Origin: Octopus vulgaris
Lineage: Eukaryota
Reading direction: 5' to 3'
Assembly (NCBI GenBank): GCA_951406725.2
Contig: OX597833.1
Coordinates: 38,812,001-38,876,000 of the forward strand
Length of the DNA: 64,000 nucleotides
The position numbers and the translations under genes were made by a program. Positions 1 to 12,546 of this stretch are shown here, piece after piece. The notes under the pieces were generated by a model. The model saw only the letters and a list, made by a program, of their open reading frames with translations, made no database searches and was not told where the DNA came from. Within the stretch, counting starts at the first letter, position 1. Every line of letters starts with the position of its first letter.

Positions 1-729
1 TAGAATGCTCTAGAAGAATGAAAGAGTATGAGTATATAATATATATATATATACATACACACACGTGCATATCAAAACTGATAAATTAGCTGTGTTAAAT
101 TGCAGTAACATCTTTTACAGCCATTGCATATAAGCTTAAGATGTTGCTGTATGGCAAAACAAATTCATCTTAGAACTATAAATGAGCAAAAAGAAAAAAA
201 AATATTTTTGTTCAATAAAAGCTTTAAGAAAGTTTAGGAAAATCACTGAATGTATTAGAATATATATATATATATATATATAGTATTTTCAAAAGACAAT
301 GTCTATTATATACAAAGACATGATCAGAAATATTTTTCTATCAGCAATTTATGAATTTGTGAAGTCCAACAGATATTTAGGTTATAATAACAAACCAGTG
401 AAGAACTGGCAGTGTGATTTGTTAAAAATAGCAGCTAAATCTCACTCAAATCACACCCTGCTATCTTTGAAAAGGACAAAAAGAGAATGACAATATGAAA
501 AGACAAGATGATCCACGGTTAGAATGCCTTTAAATCAGCTCAATTTGCAACAACAAAGAAAATAATAAAAAAGGATGAAGAACAGAATAGATCAGAAAAC
601 AGCCAAATCTTTGACTTGTATATTGTGGATAGAAAAAATCTTTTTCATCACTGCATAAGGTCTGAAAGGGTTATAAAATAATGAGAAAAGACAATTTCAT
701 GTAGAAATCTAATAGAAGTCTCAATATTA

Positions 730-1300
730 GTTGGTCCATTGTTGTTGATGACCAAGGACATGGAAAAAGAAGATGAAGCATGGTGTGTCCAGCTGTGGCT
801 AACCAATCTGATACATGATTGGAAGGCTTTGCCACAGGTTGGACACTGATGGTCTGCTGGGATTGAAGACAGGGAGTTGGCACTGGACTTGTGCAGTTCA
901 TGTTTTCTTTGTGTCCCTGCAATCATGTTATGTTCATAGGAGGTGGTACTCCTGTGGATGAAGCTTTGTCAGGCAGGTCAGTCTTGCACTTGCATTTTCC
1001 TGGTGTCGGAGTTGAGCTCAAAGCTCTTCAGTGATGCTTTGACAGTATCCTTGAAGTGCTTTTCCTGTTCACCTTAAATGTGCTTGCCTTCAACCAGTTC
1101 ATTGTAAGACAGTCTCTTGGAGAGTTGCATGCCAGGCATTCAAACAAGGTAGCCTGCCCATCAGACTTACACTCTCCTTGGCAGTGTGTAAATGTTTTGT
1201 AGATCAACTCAAGAGAAGACTTCCATGTCTGGGACCTAGTCTTGTCAGGTGATATCCAACAGCTTTCCCAGGCAGTTCAGGTGGAAGTAGTTTAGCTTGG
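730..1300 (-). mobile_element. RTE/BovB-like LINE 3' remnant (ORF C-terminus and short 3' UTR)
   Basis: The minus-strand translation, with stops, gives LNYFHLNCLGKLLDI..WAGYLV..KRLSYNELVEGK..HFKDTVKASLKSF..CPTCGKAFQSCIRLVSHSWTH. This is typical of the RTE ORF C-terminus with a terminal C2H2-like motif. Confidence 0.85.
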
Positions 1301-1400
1301 CATTCCAGAGTCATCCAAGTTTCTAAAATGTCATGTATTTATCACATTCGATGAAGGATTTGTATTAGAAGAAAAGATACTGTAACTAGTAAATAGATTA

Positions 1401-1434
<34 letters not shown>

Positions 1435-1504
1435 TCAACATTTTAATTGAATTATTGATCACATTAGTTCAAAAGTAGTTTGAGAATAATAGTAAAAATT
1501 TGAT

Positions 1505-1688
1505 TGGCACGTAAAAAGCACCCACAACACTCTTGGACTGGTTGGTGTTAGGAAGGGCATCCAGCCATAGAAACCTTGCCAAATCAGATTGGAATCTGGT
1601 GCAGTCTCCTGGTTTACTAGTTTTCAGTCAAACCATCCAACCCATGCCAGCATGGAAAGCGGGCATTAAATGATGATGATGATGATGA
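1505..1688 (+). mobile_element. Family C repeat (RTE-LINE 3' tail) ending in (GAT)n
   Basis: Contains AGGAAGGGCATCCAGCC...CCCATGCCAGCATGGAAAGCGGGCATTAAA(TGA)n. Similar copies lie near 2050-2242, 17787-18070, 19615-19943, 33560-33715, 49125-49295, 52390-52822 and 57250-57620. Confidence 0.75.
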
Positions 1689-2680
1689 ATTTAAGTTAAT
1701 GAACCCCACCATCCTGACAAAATAGATGAAGACTGGTAGTTACTAAAGACAAATGTTTCAGAATGATCATTCACATAGTAAGCCATTTAACTTTCAACTT
1801 ACTCTGTCAAATGTAATGCTTATTTATTCATGCTGCTTTGTCTTAATCATGCATTATCTTGCAGCTCTATTTCAATGATGTGATTGTTTATTTTTAGAAT
1901 GATATTGAAGGGTATATATGTGACAAAGGACCAAGATTTCTGGTACCTTGCTATACTCAAGACAGCAAAGTACCAGAAATCTACTCAGAAGTGTTAATAC
2001 GGGTCCTGCTGATGAAGATTGGCCTGCAAGAGCCCTGCGCTGGGGTTATGTAAAAAGCATGTGCTGGTGCCATGTAAAAGTGTTCATGCTGATGCCGTGT
2101 GAAAAGCACCCAGTCCACATTGTAAAGTGGTTGGCATTAGGAAGGGCATCTAGCCATACAAATAAAGCTAAATCAGACTGTAACCTGGTGCAGTTAGTTA
2201 ACCTGCTTGCCAGCAACGGTCAAACCATCCAACCCATGCCAGTAACCACAGAAATTCGTTTGCTGATTTTCTTCCTACATAGACTACATTAAACTATTAA
2301 CAGAACTAACTTCAGCAAGAACAAAGAAAGACAGCAGTGTTTTATAACACAAGTATAACAGTATCGTAAATGATTTCCATAGCAATTAATCATGTATTAA
2401 TTGATTAAAATATAATTAAAAAGAGAAGATTTTGCTGTCTTTTGTTTTTGGCTTTTTTCTTTTAATTTGCCAATAACAATCAATATCCTGATGAAAACAT
2501 GCCATTAACAGTTCACTGATTGATACAATTATGCAAATTAATGTTTTTACTAATAGTTCTTAAAACAAAACCACCCACCATCAATGTGTCTTGAAATCCT
2601 TGCATGTATTTTTACTTAATCATCTCTGCGCTGAAGGCAGTTATGTTCTGTAATCGTACTTGTCTTCTGCAACAACTTAC

Positions 2681-2692
2681 TACTTGGCTTGT
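2681..2692 (-). other. Candidate 12-nt microexon ACAAGCCAAGTA
   Basis: The minus strand reads gctcac..tcttctactctccatatctcaaag|ACAAGCCAAGTA|gtaagt, in non-repetitive sequence. The length is divisible by 3. Confidence 0.35.
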
Positions 2693-3004
2693 CTTTGAGA
2701 TATGGAGAGTAGAAGATATAGGCGTGAGCACGCACACACACACAAAGAGGAAACAAAAAAACCCGCCCTGGAGGTCTATAATCTATAATGAAGTTCTGCT
2801 TTATTTGATCTGTTTACATGTGATGCAGTTGTTTTATTCATAATGACTTTTAATGTTCAGCCTAAGGCCACAACCGTTAGTGGGTATAATTTAGATTAGG
2901 TTAACCTTAGTACTTGACTGACATTAGTTTCCAAGTGACCACTCAGCTTGCAAGAAATAGCAACCAAATCTTTCTTAAAATGATACCACACCATCTTGAA
3001 TATA

Positions 3005-3348
3005 TTCTTTTACTTCTTTCAGTCATTTGACTGCGGCCATGCTGGAGCACTGCCTTAAGGGGTTTTTAGTTGTAGAAATCAACCCCAGGATATATTCTAT
3101 CAGTCTCTTTTGCTGAACTGCTATGTTATGGGGACATAAACACATCAACATTGGTTGTCAAGTAATGATGGAGGAACAGACACACACACACATAAATATA
3201 TATATGTGTGTGTGTGTGTTGGGCTTCTTTCAGTTTCCGCCTACCAGATCAACTCACAAGCCTTTGGTTGGCTCGAGGCTATAGTAGAAGACACTTGCCC
3301 AAGTTGCCATGTGGTTGGGAAGCAAACTTCTTAACACATAGCCATACC
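3005..3348 (-). mobile_element. SINE family A (tRNA-derived, CORE-like)
   Basis: Reverse copy of the GGCTGTGTGGTAAG..TTGGGCAAGTGTCTTCTACTATAGCC..(TA/TG)n..GACTGAAACAAGTAAAAGA family. Confidence 0.8.
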
Positions 3349-3503
3349 TTAAAAAAATAAGTTGAAAGTCTTTGATTATAGCTTTGGCCAATCTAGTTGA
3401 CCCTGAAGCAAAAAACAGTCTGTTTATTTCATATTAACAACAGAAGAATGAAGAGCAACTTAGCAGGATTTGATCTCTAAATGAAATTGTCCTTTATCAT
3501 AAA

Positions 3504-4018
3504 CTAGCAGTATCGCCCGGCGTTGCTCGGGTTTGTAAGGGAAATAACTATATAAGCATTTTTAGAGAGTTACTTCCCTTATAGATGCCAATTTGGGCTT
3601 TCTTAGCCATTTCTGTTTTGGTGTCTTCAAGCCATGAAGTCGTTGTTCTAAAAGAACGCTGGTCTCCTTGACAACGCTTTACGACGTTGATTTCCTTACA
3701 CTCCCTTCCCCACAGCTTCACGAGGGAGGGAAGAAGGGGGAGAAGCAAACAGGTGCAGGTGTGACCATGGACGCCAACTCCGCCGCCATCGACACACGAA
3801 AAATTATGCATTAAAATGGAATAAAAAATGATGTTAAATTATTTTTAAAATCGTAGACTCATCGTAGACGCGCGCTAATACTCAGACGGGCTCGATATGA
3901 ATCACGACTATAAGATACCCGAATTTGGTTAAACTGCACCGCAAAATGTGGGAGTAGTTAGGAATCTAAATCGAAGGGGACAGACACTCACACAACTACA
4001 GTTTTATATATATATAGA
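3504..4018 (-). mobile_element. Non-autonomous Helitron, apparently complete
   Basis: On the minus strand it starts A|TCTATATATATATAAAAC. It ends in a GC hairpin CCCGAGCAACGCCGGG followed by CTAG|T. It sits between A and T with no TSD, and the interior is CpG-rich. Confidence 0.88.
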
Positions 4019-4940
4019 TAACCTTGATTGAGATAATTACCTTTCTTTCATTTTTTTTACTTGTTATAGTACATATTACATGGACTGTGGCCATGCAGTA
4101 GCACTGCTTCAAAGGGATTTTAATCAGACAAAGTGATCTCAGAACTTTTTTCTTTTAAAGTCTGTTACTTATTCTATCTGTCTATTTTGTGGAACACAAA
4201 CAAACCAACACCTATTTCTAAGCAGTGGGGTAGGGGACAAACACTCATATATACATACATATATATACACACACACATACATATATTTACATATATGTAT
4301 CAATAATGTATATACATACATATATATGTGTGCTTAAAATGTATACACACAGACACACATATATAACATAGGCTTCCTCAAAGTTCTGTTTAACAAGGAT
4401 TATAGTAGAAGATACCTGTCCAAGGTACTGTGCAGAGGGAAACCTCATGGCTGCTGTTATCATAACAACCACTCTATCAACACAAAACCACCATCAGGAC
4501 CATTGAAAGTTCTACTACACACTCAGAATAACTATTTCATTTTGTAATGAAAACCAGGAAACCCATAGTAAATGTAGCCAATATCAGAAGCAGCACTACA
4601 CGATTACCTATTAACAATCATTATTAAATAGTACCATTTTAACCAGTGTCAGTATAAGAACCATCACTATGCCATTACTGATAACTGAATAATCACCCAA
4701 TCACCACCATCATCAGCATTATTGTCAACAGCATCTAGTATCAGAAGCATTGCTACAATGAAAACTAACAGGGCTCTAGTGACTACCAGTGCATCAAGCA
4801 CCACCACTGTCACCATTAAAAATTATTGTAACCATCATAACTTTAGCTAGTATCAGGCTGACAACAAACCATTACTCTCACCACCACTATCATCAACTGA
4901 ACTACAATGACCACAATTTAATGTTTTATAAAAAACATAT

Positions 4941-5331
4941 TACTCTTTTACTTGTTTCAGTCATTTGAATGCGGCCATGCTGGAGCACTGCCTTTAGTCG
5001 AGCAAATTGACCCCAGGACTTATTCTTTGTAAGCCTAGTACTTATTCTATCTGTCTCTTTTTCCAAACCACTAAGTTACGGGGATGTAAACACACCAGCA
5101 TTGATTGTCAAGTGATGTTGGGGGGGGGGGGAGACAAATACAGACACACAAACACATACACATATACACGACGGGCTTCTTTCAGTTTCCGTCTACCAAA
5201 TCCACTCACAAGGCTTTGGTCGGCCCAAGGCTATAGTAGAAGAGACTTGCCCAAGGTGCCACGCAGTGGGACTTAACCCAGAACCATGAGGTTGGTAAGT
5301 AAGCTACTTACCACATAGCCACTCCTGCGCT
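4941..5331 (-). mobile_element. SINE family A, full length
   Basis: Complete reverse copy with a tRNA-like head, CORE-like ACCTTGGGCAAGT, a central microsatellite and an AAAAGAGTA tail. An older copy follows at about 5352-5720. Confidence 0.9.
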
Positions 5332-7011
5332 TAAATATATCTTCTTGTAACTTCTTTTGCTTGTTTCAGTCATTAAACTGTGGCCATGCTAGGGCACCAC
5401 ATTGAAGATTTTTATAGTTGAACGAATCAACCCCAGTACTTATTTCTAAGGCCTGGTACTTATTCTATTAATCTCTATTGCTGAATTGCTAGGTTACGGG
5501 GACGTAAACACACCAATGCGGATACGTACATACACACACTCAATATATATTTACACACACACACAATAGGTCTCTTTCAGTTTCCATCTTCCAAATTCAC
5601 AAGATTTTGGTTGTCCCAAGGTTACAGTAGAACACATGTGCCCAAGGTGCCACATAGTAGAACTGGACCCAGAACCATGTGGTTAGGAAGCAAGCTTCTT
5701 ACCACACAGCCACCTCTGTCCCCTTGTCTCTTTCTTTTTCTCTCTCTCTCTCTCTCTATATATTTATATAATATGCACACACACTCACAAATGTGTATGA
5801 AATTTGGTAGCATGGATATGCATATTTGCACTCATAAATAACCACTCATACATTACATATATATGATTATCAATTACAGTTTATACATGTGCGTGTGTGT
5901 GTGTGTGAGAGTGTGAGAGAGAGAGAGTGGGTTACTGTTAGTGGTGATTGTACTCATGAATCACTGTAAGTGAGCAGTCTATTTCATGGTAGTTTTGACA
6001 TGTAATTAATACTTAACAATATGCAGTATACATCTCGAGAATGTGCACCGCACAAATAAGATACTGACAAAATGAATTCTCTTAAACTCGGCACTCAAAC
6101 AGTCTTTCTGCCTATTCTCAGCCTACATCTACACCCTTGTCTCTTCATACCTCACACCACAAACCAGCTGTTATTACTAGCAATGCAGGTTTCTGTAAAA
6201 CCTTGGAGAAGATATTTATTTTGCATGCCATTTATGTGTAGTTACCATCTACTCTGTGTGCATGTGGTGGGGTGCACACGAATGTGATGGAGAGAAAGTT
6301 AAGTTAGGGCATTTGCCTTTAAATCACAGCTGACACTTCAAATCCTCATCCCAGGGTTTCCCTGTATCACTTCCCAAATCCTGCACTAACTACTGCATGT
6401 AACCCTTTCTTCCTAGAACAGTATATTTTTAAACTGAAATTCAACCACATCAATTCTGCCTTAGGGTATCAGCAAAAAGGTGCATAAGTGCATCATGGTG
6501 TGTCAAGTAGGTTTGAGTGGCATAGTGCAACAAACAAGTTTAGGGGTTAGATACATTATTGCTTCATATATAGTGTCTTGTTTAACCCTTTAGTGTTCAC
6601 ATTATTCTGTCAAAAGTAATGCTTATTTATTCACATTGCTTTTAATTAATCATGTATTATCTTGTAGCTTTGAGATTTTGATGAGAAAACTGTTAAATTT
6701 TAGAATGATATTGTAGGGTAGGTGCGAGAAGATATTAAAGTAATATAAACGAGCTTTCCATCAAAATTTCATGAAAATATATTTTTAAACACCAGCTTTA
6801 TAATAACAATATTTTACAAAATTCTTCATTATTCTTGAAATTAATTAAGAGATGGGAAGAATGATTCAACAGAAATATGGTAACAAAAGAGTTACATATG
6901 TGAGAGAAAACTGTTGTATACACTACACTGGTCCTAATATCCAGTGGTAGTATTTACAGACTCAAACAACTGATAATTCTGGTCTGACTAGCTTCATGTT
7001 CTTTGATCCAT

Positions 7012-7316
7012 GCCTATATGAGGATTTTAATTGAAGTTCAAACTCAGTATTGCAAGCTAATGAGAAATTACAGCAAGGTAGCTAATTACAAGGTTAATTG
7101 TGTAATGCTAGTGCCAAGAGATGAACCATTCATGCTTCAGCTCATAGACTGCCGCCTTGCTGATTCCAAGCCTACATGAAGATTTTAACTCTAGCTCAAA
7201 CTCAGTATTGCAAGTTAACGAGTAAGGTAGCTAATTACAAGGTGGATCATGTAATGCTAGTGGCAAGAGATGAACCATTCACTCTTCAGCTCATAGTCTG
7301 CCTTCATACCGATTCA
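7012..7316. repeat. Diverged ~158-bp tandem duplication
   Basis: 7012-7166 and 7170-7316 share CAAACTCAGTATTGCAAG, AAGGTAGCTAATTACAAGGT and CAAGAGATGAACCATTCA..CTTCAGCTCATAG. Confidence 0.9.
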
Positions 7317-7551
7317 GTCATCAGAAGCACTTATATTCACCAGATATGTCTCTGCTTCAAGTCAATCTATATCAAAGAATGTCATTGAACATCCAAAGTT
7401 AGAGCACCAGTGACAAAGAAATTCTATATAAAAGCACATTATATTCTGAAGTAAGATTTCAAACTCCTCCTTCCGCTTCACCTTCCTCTTATCATTTCAT
7501 TTGCACCCCACCCACAGTACATATAATATAGATGGCTTATTGTAGTCTTAC

Positions 7552-7700
7552 CCAGTGACATTATGTGAAATAACTTTCTTCTTCTTAGAATCAAGGAACT
7601 TTTAAGCATCAAATCAGCTCAAATCTAATTTTATGGCATGAAGAAGATGAGAGGTAAATCTCCCAATCTAGATAGAACAGTTTATATCGCAGGAAGCATT
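7552..7700 (-). other. Candidate exon (149 nt), possibly containing the start codon
   Basis: Acceptor ttctttattgcctccttctag|AATG and donor CTGG|gtaaga. All three frames have stops in the 5' part. ATG at 7609 opens MLKSSLILRRRKLFHIMSL to the donor (phase 1). Confidence 0.55.
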
Positions 7701-7871
7701 CTAGAAGGAGGCAATAAAGAATAAATACATTCTGCAAAGAAACACAACAAAAACACTTGTGCTAATGGATTTGAACTCAAGCCCTTTTAAGCAGGTAGTT
7801 CAAAATCCTTAACCACTTGACCACCTTACATCTTACACAGTCACAACATATGACCAAATATTGTAACTTAC

Positions 7872-7952
7872 CAAATTTTGCTGGTGTACAACAAATAACA
7901 GTTGTACTGCTACTACTACTACTGCACTAGCCTCCGTCTAACAACCATTAAC
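7872..7952 (-). other. Candidate non-coding exon (81 nt)
   Basis: Strong acceptor tttgttttcttctttcttgtag|G and donor TTTG|gtaagt. Stops occur in all three frames. Confidence 0.55.
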
Positions 7953-8308
7953 CTACAAGAAAGAAGAAAACAAATAAATAGATAAATAAATAAATAAATA
8001 AAGTGAAGTTAATACTTTATTTAGTGTGTGGCAGGTGAAGACAGAGAGATTGGAAATGAACATAAAATGATATGCAAAATACAAAATATTGAACTTCAAA
8101 GCAGATGGATGGCAACAAAGTTCCTTGGGGAAATTTAGCAACAGCATCAAATTCAACAAGCTTGGAACTTTTCAACATCATGTGCATATACACACACACA
8201 CAAAGTACCTGCGTTGTCAAAAAGGACAGAAGTTTTATTAATTATAGAGAAATAGTGTGTCTGTTCATGGTGATGGTGATGTATAAACCCATTTGATAAA
8301 TTTCTTAC

Positions 8309-8377
8309 CTCATGATTTTGCAGTTTGTATTTTAATAGTAAAATATTACGCTTTGATCTCAGCCGAAAGGGTTGAAC
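8309..8377 (-). other. Candidate exon (69 nt)
   Basis: Donor CATGAG|gtaaga and a weaker acceptor tttatgaattactag|G. Confidence 0.4.
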
Positions 8378-8411
8378 CTAGTAATTCATAAATATTTGAC
8401 TTGATATATAA

Positions 8412-9186
8412 GTGTAGGTAGGTGTGACTGTGTGACTTGCGACCACATGATTTTGGGTTCATTCCCACCGCACAGTACCTTGGGCAAACGTCTTCTATCA
8501 TAGCCCCAGACCAATGAATGCCTTGTGAATGTATTTGGTAGATGGGAATTGCGTGGAAGCTTCATGTGTGTGTGTGTGTGCACGCGTGCGTACATGTGTT
8601 TATCTGTCTTAGCATTTAACAGTCAGTGTTGGTTTGCTTATGTCCCTTAACTTAGTGGTTCAACAAAAGAGACTGAAAGTAATATATACCAGACTTTAAA
8701 AAAACGAAATAACAGGAGTTGCTGTGTGGTAAGTAGCTTGCTTACTAACCACATGGTTCCGGGTTCAGTCCCACTGCGTGGCACCTTGGGCAAGTGTCTT
8801 CTACTATAGCCTCGGGCCGAATAAAGCCTTGTGAGTGGATTTGGGAGACGGAAACTGAAAGAAGCCTGTCGTGTATATGTATATATATATGTGTGTGTTT
8901 GTGTGTCTGTGTTTTTCCTCCCAACATCGCTTGATAACCGATGCTGGTGTGTTCATGTCCCCGTAACGTAGCAGTTCGGCAAAAAGAGACCGATAGAATA
9001 AGTACTAGGCTTACAAAGAATAAGTCCTGGGGGTCGATTTGTTCGACTAAAGGCAGTGCTCCAGTATGGCCACAGTCAAATGACTGAAACAAGTAAAAAG
9101 GGGTGTTGATTTGCTCAAGTAAACCCTTCAAGATGGTTGCCCAGTATGGTTGCAGAGCAATGATTGAAACAAGTAAAAAAATAAAA
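8412..9186 (+). mobile_element. Nested SINE family A: young copy (~8712-9099) inside an older copy
   Basis: The older copy breaks at about 8700 and resumes at about 9100 (GGGTGTTGATTTG..GAAACAAGTAAAA). A near-complete family A copy lies between. Confidence 0.8.
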
Positions 9187-9761
9187 GCTCACTTCCTACT
9201 CCAACCAACTCTTATTCTAATTCTCTCACTACCCCTCACACTTTCTCAGTTTATCAGTCAGGATAGCATGATAAACACCTCATCACCTTCCATTCCCATT
9301 TTACTTCTCCTACTATCACTCACTCTTTATTTCTCATTTGATAGTCTCCTACTTTTACACAGCATCCTTTGCATAACAACAAAATAAATACATATTGCAA
9401 GGAGATGAACTGCTGCTGTCTCTAGTGGTTGACTGTTCATTATTAACAAGACTAAACAAGGTCAAAATCATGTGATCTGGTAGTCTTGGTGCTGGAGGTA
9501 GCAGGGATATATCTCCCGGCTAATGTTGAAGAACACTCAATGTAACTGCAATGTAAACCAAGGAAATTCACTAATCATTACCAGACTCATTAAACTCTGT
9601 CCAACCTATGCAAGTACGCAAAAGTGGGTGTTAAACGATGATAATGATATGATTTTCTTTTTTAACGTCTAGTTTTCCATGCTTCCATAGATCAGATGAG
9701 AGTGTGTAGGGTTGAGTTTTCTGTTGCTGGATGCCTTTCCTGTCACTAACCTCCACCTATT

Positions 9762-10138
9762 TACTCTTTTACTTGTTTCAGTCATTTGACTGTGGCCATG
9801 CTGGAGCACCGCCTTTCGTCAAGCAAATCGACCCCAAAACTTATTCTATCAGTCTCTTTTGCTGAACAACTAAGTTACGGGGACGTAAACACACCAGCAT
9901 CGGCTGTCAAGCGATATTGGGGGACAAACACAGACACAAAAACATATAAATACATATATATATATACATATATATGATGGGCTTCTTTCAGTTTCCGTCT
10001 ACCAAATCCACTCAAAAGGCTTTGGTTGGCCTGGGGCTATAGCAGAAGACACTTGCCCAAGGTGCCACAGAGTGGGACTGAACCCGGAACCATGCAGCTG
10101 GTAAGCAAGTTACTTACCACACAGCCACTCCTGCACCT
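9762..10138 (-). mobile_element. SINE family A, full length
   Basis: Reverse copy, inverted relative to 8712-9099. Confidence 0.9.
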
Positions 10139-10487
10139 AAAAATTGTATGACAAAAAGCCCAGATATGCTACTGTAGTGAATTGTAAGCAAATGACACCA
10201 ATTACTAAATGACTCAATTAGTGAAGCCATTATTTACAAACCTATGAATGAAGCATATGTAGGTGAGGTAAATATGAAACTGTACATGCGTGCATGTGTG
10301 CATGCATACACACACACACTCAGGTGTGTTTGGTCATCGGGAAATAAATATTACTTTGCCTGGAAACACTGGTGAGTGTTCAACAACAGGAAGGGCATCT
10401 GACCATAGGGAATACACCTGAACAAAAGTTCCATCCCAATCCATGAAAGCAAGGAAAAGTGGATATTCTGTTACATGAAATTCTTTT

Positions 10488-11068
10488 ATTCTTTTACTTG
10501 TTTCAGTCATTTAGTTGAAGAAATTGAACCCAAGACTGACTTATTCTTTGTAAGCCTAGTACTTCTTCTATTGATATCCTTTGCCAAACCGCTAAGTTAC
10601 AGGGACATAAACACACCAACATCAGTTGTCAAGTGATGGTGGTGGTGGTGGGGGACACAAATACAGATAGACATACAAATATATACATATACATATACAA
10701 TGGGCTTCTTATTTCTTTACTGCCCATAAGGGGCTACACACAGAAGGGACAAACAAGGACAGACACACGGATTAAGTCGATTATATCGATGCCAGCGCGT
10801 AACTGGTACTTATTTAATTGACCCTGAAAGGATGAGAGGCAAAGTCGACCTCGACGGAATTTGAACTCATAACGTAGCAGTAGACGAAATACCACTAAGC
10901 ATTTCGCCTGGCGTGCTAACGTTTCTACCAGCTCGCCGTCTTCTTTCAGTTTCTGTCTACCGAATCCACTCACAAGAGTTTGGTTGGCCTGAGGCTATAG
11001 TAGAACACACTTGCTCAAGGTACCACGTGGTTGGGAAGCAAGTTTCTTACCACATAGCATCATCTGCA
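10488..11068 (-). mobile_element. SINE family A interrupted by SINE family B (~10708-10938)
   Basis: Family A is split at GGGCTTCTT|...|TTCTTTCAGTTTC by a reverse family B copy. Confidence 0.85.
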
Positions 11069-11069
11069 C

Positions 11070-11484
11070 TTAATGCTTATTTATTCACACTGTTTCAAAT
11101 TAATCATGAATTACCTCGTAGCTTCAATATTCTAACTGATGAGGTAGTTTATTTTTAGAATGATATTGTAGGGTAGATTTGAGAGGCCAGATTTGGCCAG
11201 CTTGAATCTAAAACAGGTAGAATACTTTGGGCTGGATATGCCTGGTTTAACCCTTTAGTGTTCAGATTATTCTATCAAACATAATGCTTATTGATTCCCA
11301 TTGATTTGAATTAATCATGCATTATCTCATATCTTCAAGATCTTGATGGTGTAATTACTTAATGTAGAATAACATTGTAGGGTAGGTGTGAGAGCCTGGA
11401 TCTGGTCAGTTTGAACATAAAGCAGACTAGCTGTTTTGGCCAGATATGGCCGGTTTAAATACTAAAGGGTTAAATGCTAAAGGG
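11070..11484 (+). mobile_element. piggyBac-type MITE family D: complete copy (11251-11469) nested in another copy
   Basis: The inner element has TTAA|CCCTTTAG...CTAAAGGG|TTAA termini. The outer copy resumes with ATGCTAAAGGG|TTAA. Other copies lie near 1787, 6583, 13520, 15278, 24164, 36810, 37167 and 42830. Confidence 0.85.
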
Positions 11485-12234
11485 TTAAACTGACAACGAT
11501 AATTCCACAGAAAATCAACTTCAAGAAATATGGTTTGCATGATTTCTTTTTTTTTTTTTAGCACAAGATGAACCACAATGCCTTTGAATACAAACTAATG
11601 AACACTACAAGAAAGACTCCAAGCAGAATTCAAATAATGCTGAAGTGGAGCTTTCAGCTAAGTAACCTATACTGATCGCCGGTCAGGCTTCTTTGACCAC
11701 TCAACCAGTGGTCTTTGAGATGATTTCTACATTCATATAGAAAACATATATTTCAAACAAAAATACAAACTGCTGATATGAATCATGGGATGGAATGGAA
11801 AGGTAAGTGTATAATAGAGACACAGGAAAAACACATCACAGGTATTTGATGAGCATAATCAGATCTTAAAGGAACTGTTTATCTGTTTCTTCGAACCTAA
11901 GGAGGTGACAGTGGCTGTTTCAGTTTTCAGAAAGATCACAAACTCTTTCTTATCCCAAACCCACCTCATTCCACCTCACAAAAGGGAAATAAACCCCACT
12001 CAGTTTAGAAGGGGTGGAGGACTTCCAATAATCGAATGTGCAAAGGCAACAGTAATAATAAAGTAAGTAGATGATAACAACACAGAGACAGATTCATTCT
12101 ATCCACTCTTAAAACACACACACACACACACACACATGCATACATCAGTCCTACCCACTCAACCCCACCCACTGCTACTACTACCATTTTGATAAAGACA
12201 AACTGGAGCAGAAGAAAGTAAAAGAAAAAAATAA

Positions 12235-12279
<45 letters not shown>

Positions 12280-12546
12280 TATATACAAGCACACACACAT
12301 ACACACGCACACACAAATAATAAGGATAAACAGTAAATCTCATCAATTCAAAGTGGATTATCTGGTTGAACAATATTAAATTACGTCTCCTTAACTGAGT
12401 CTGTCAATGTCAACAATGATGATAATGTTGATGATGTTAATGTAATGGCAGTGATGATGATGGTGATGATGATGATGATGATGATGATGTTCATAATGAC
12501 AAAGGCAGGAATGATAATGATGGTAATAGTGGCGACATCTACTTAC

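Noticed and set aside
7760-7830. tRNA-like sequence (A and B boxes) on the minus strand inside the 171-nt candidate intron
   Set aside because: It forms no proper cloverleaf or acceptor stem and is most likely a decayed SINE head.
8017-8220. Second MLKSS-containing ORF resembling the 7609 start
   Set aside because: The similarity covers only about 17 nt and there is no good donor, so it is probably coincidence.
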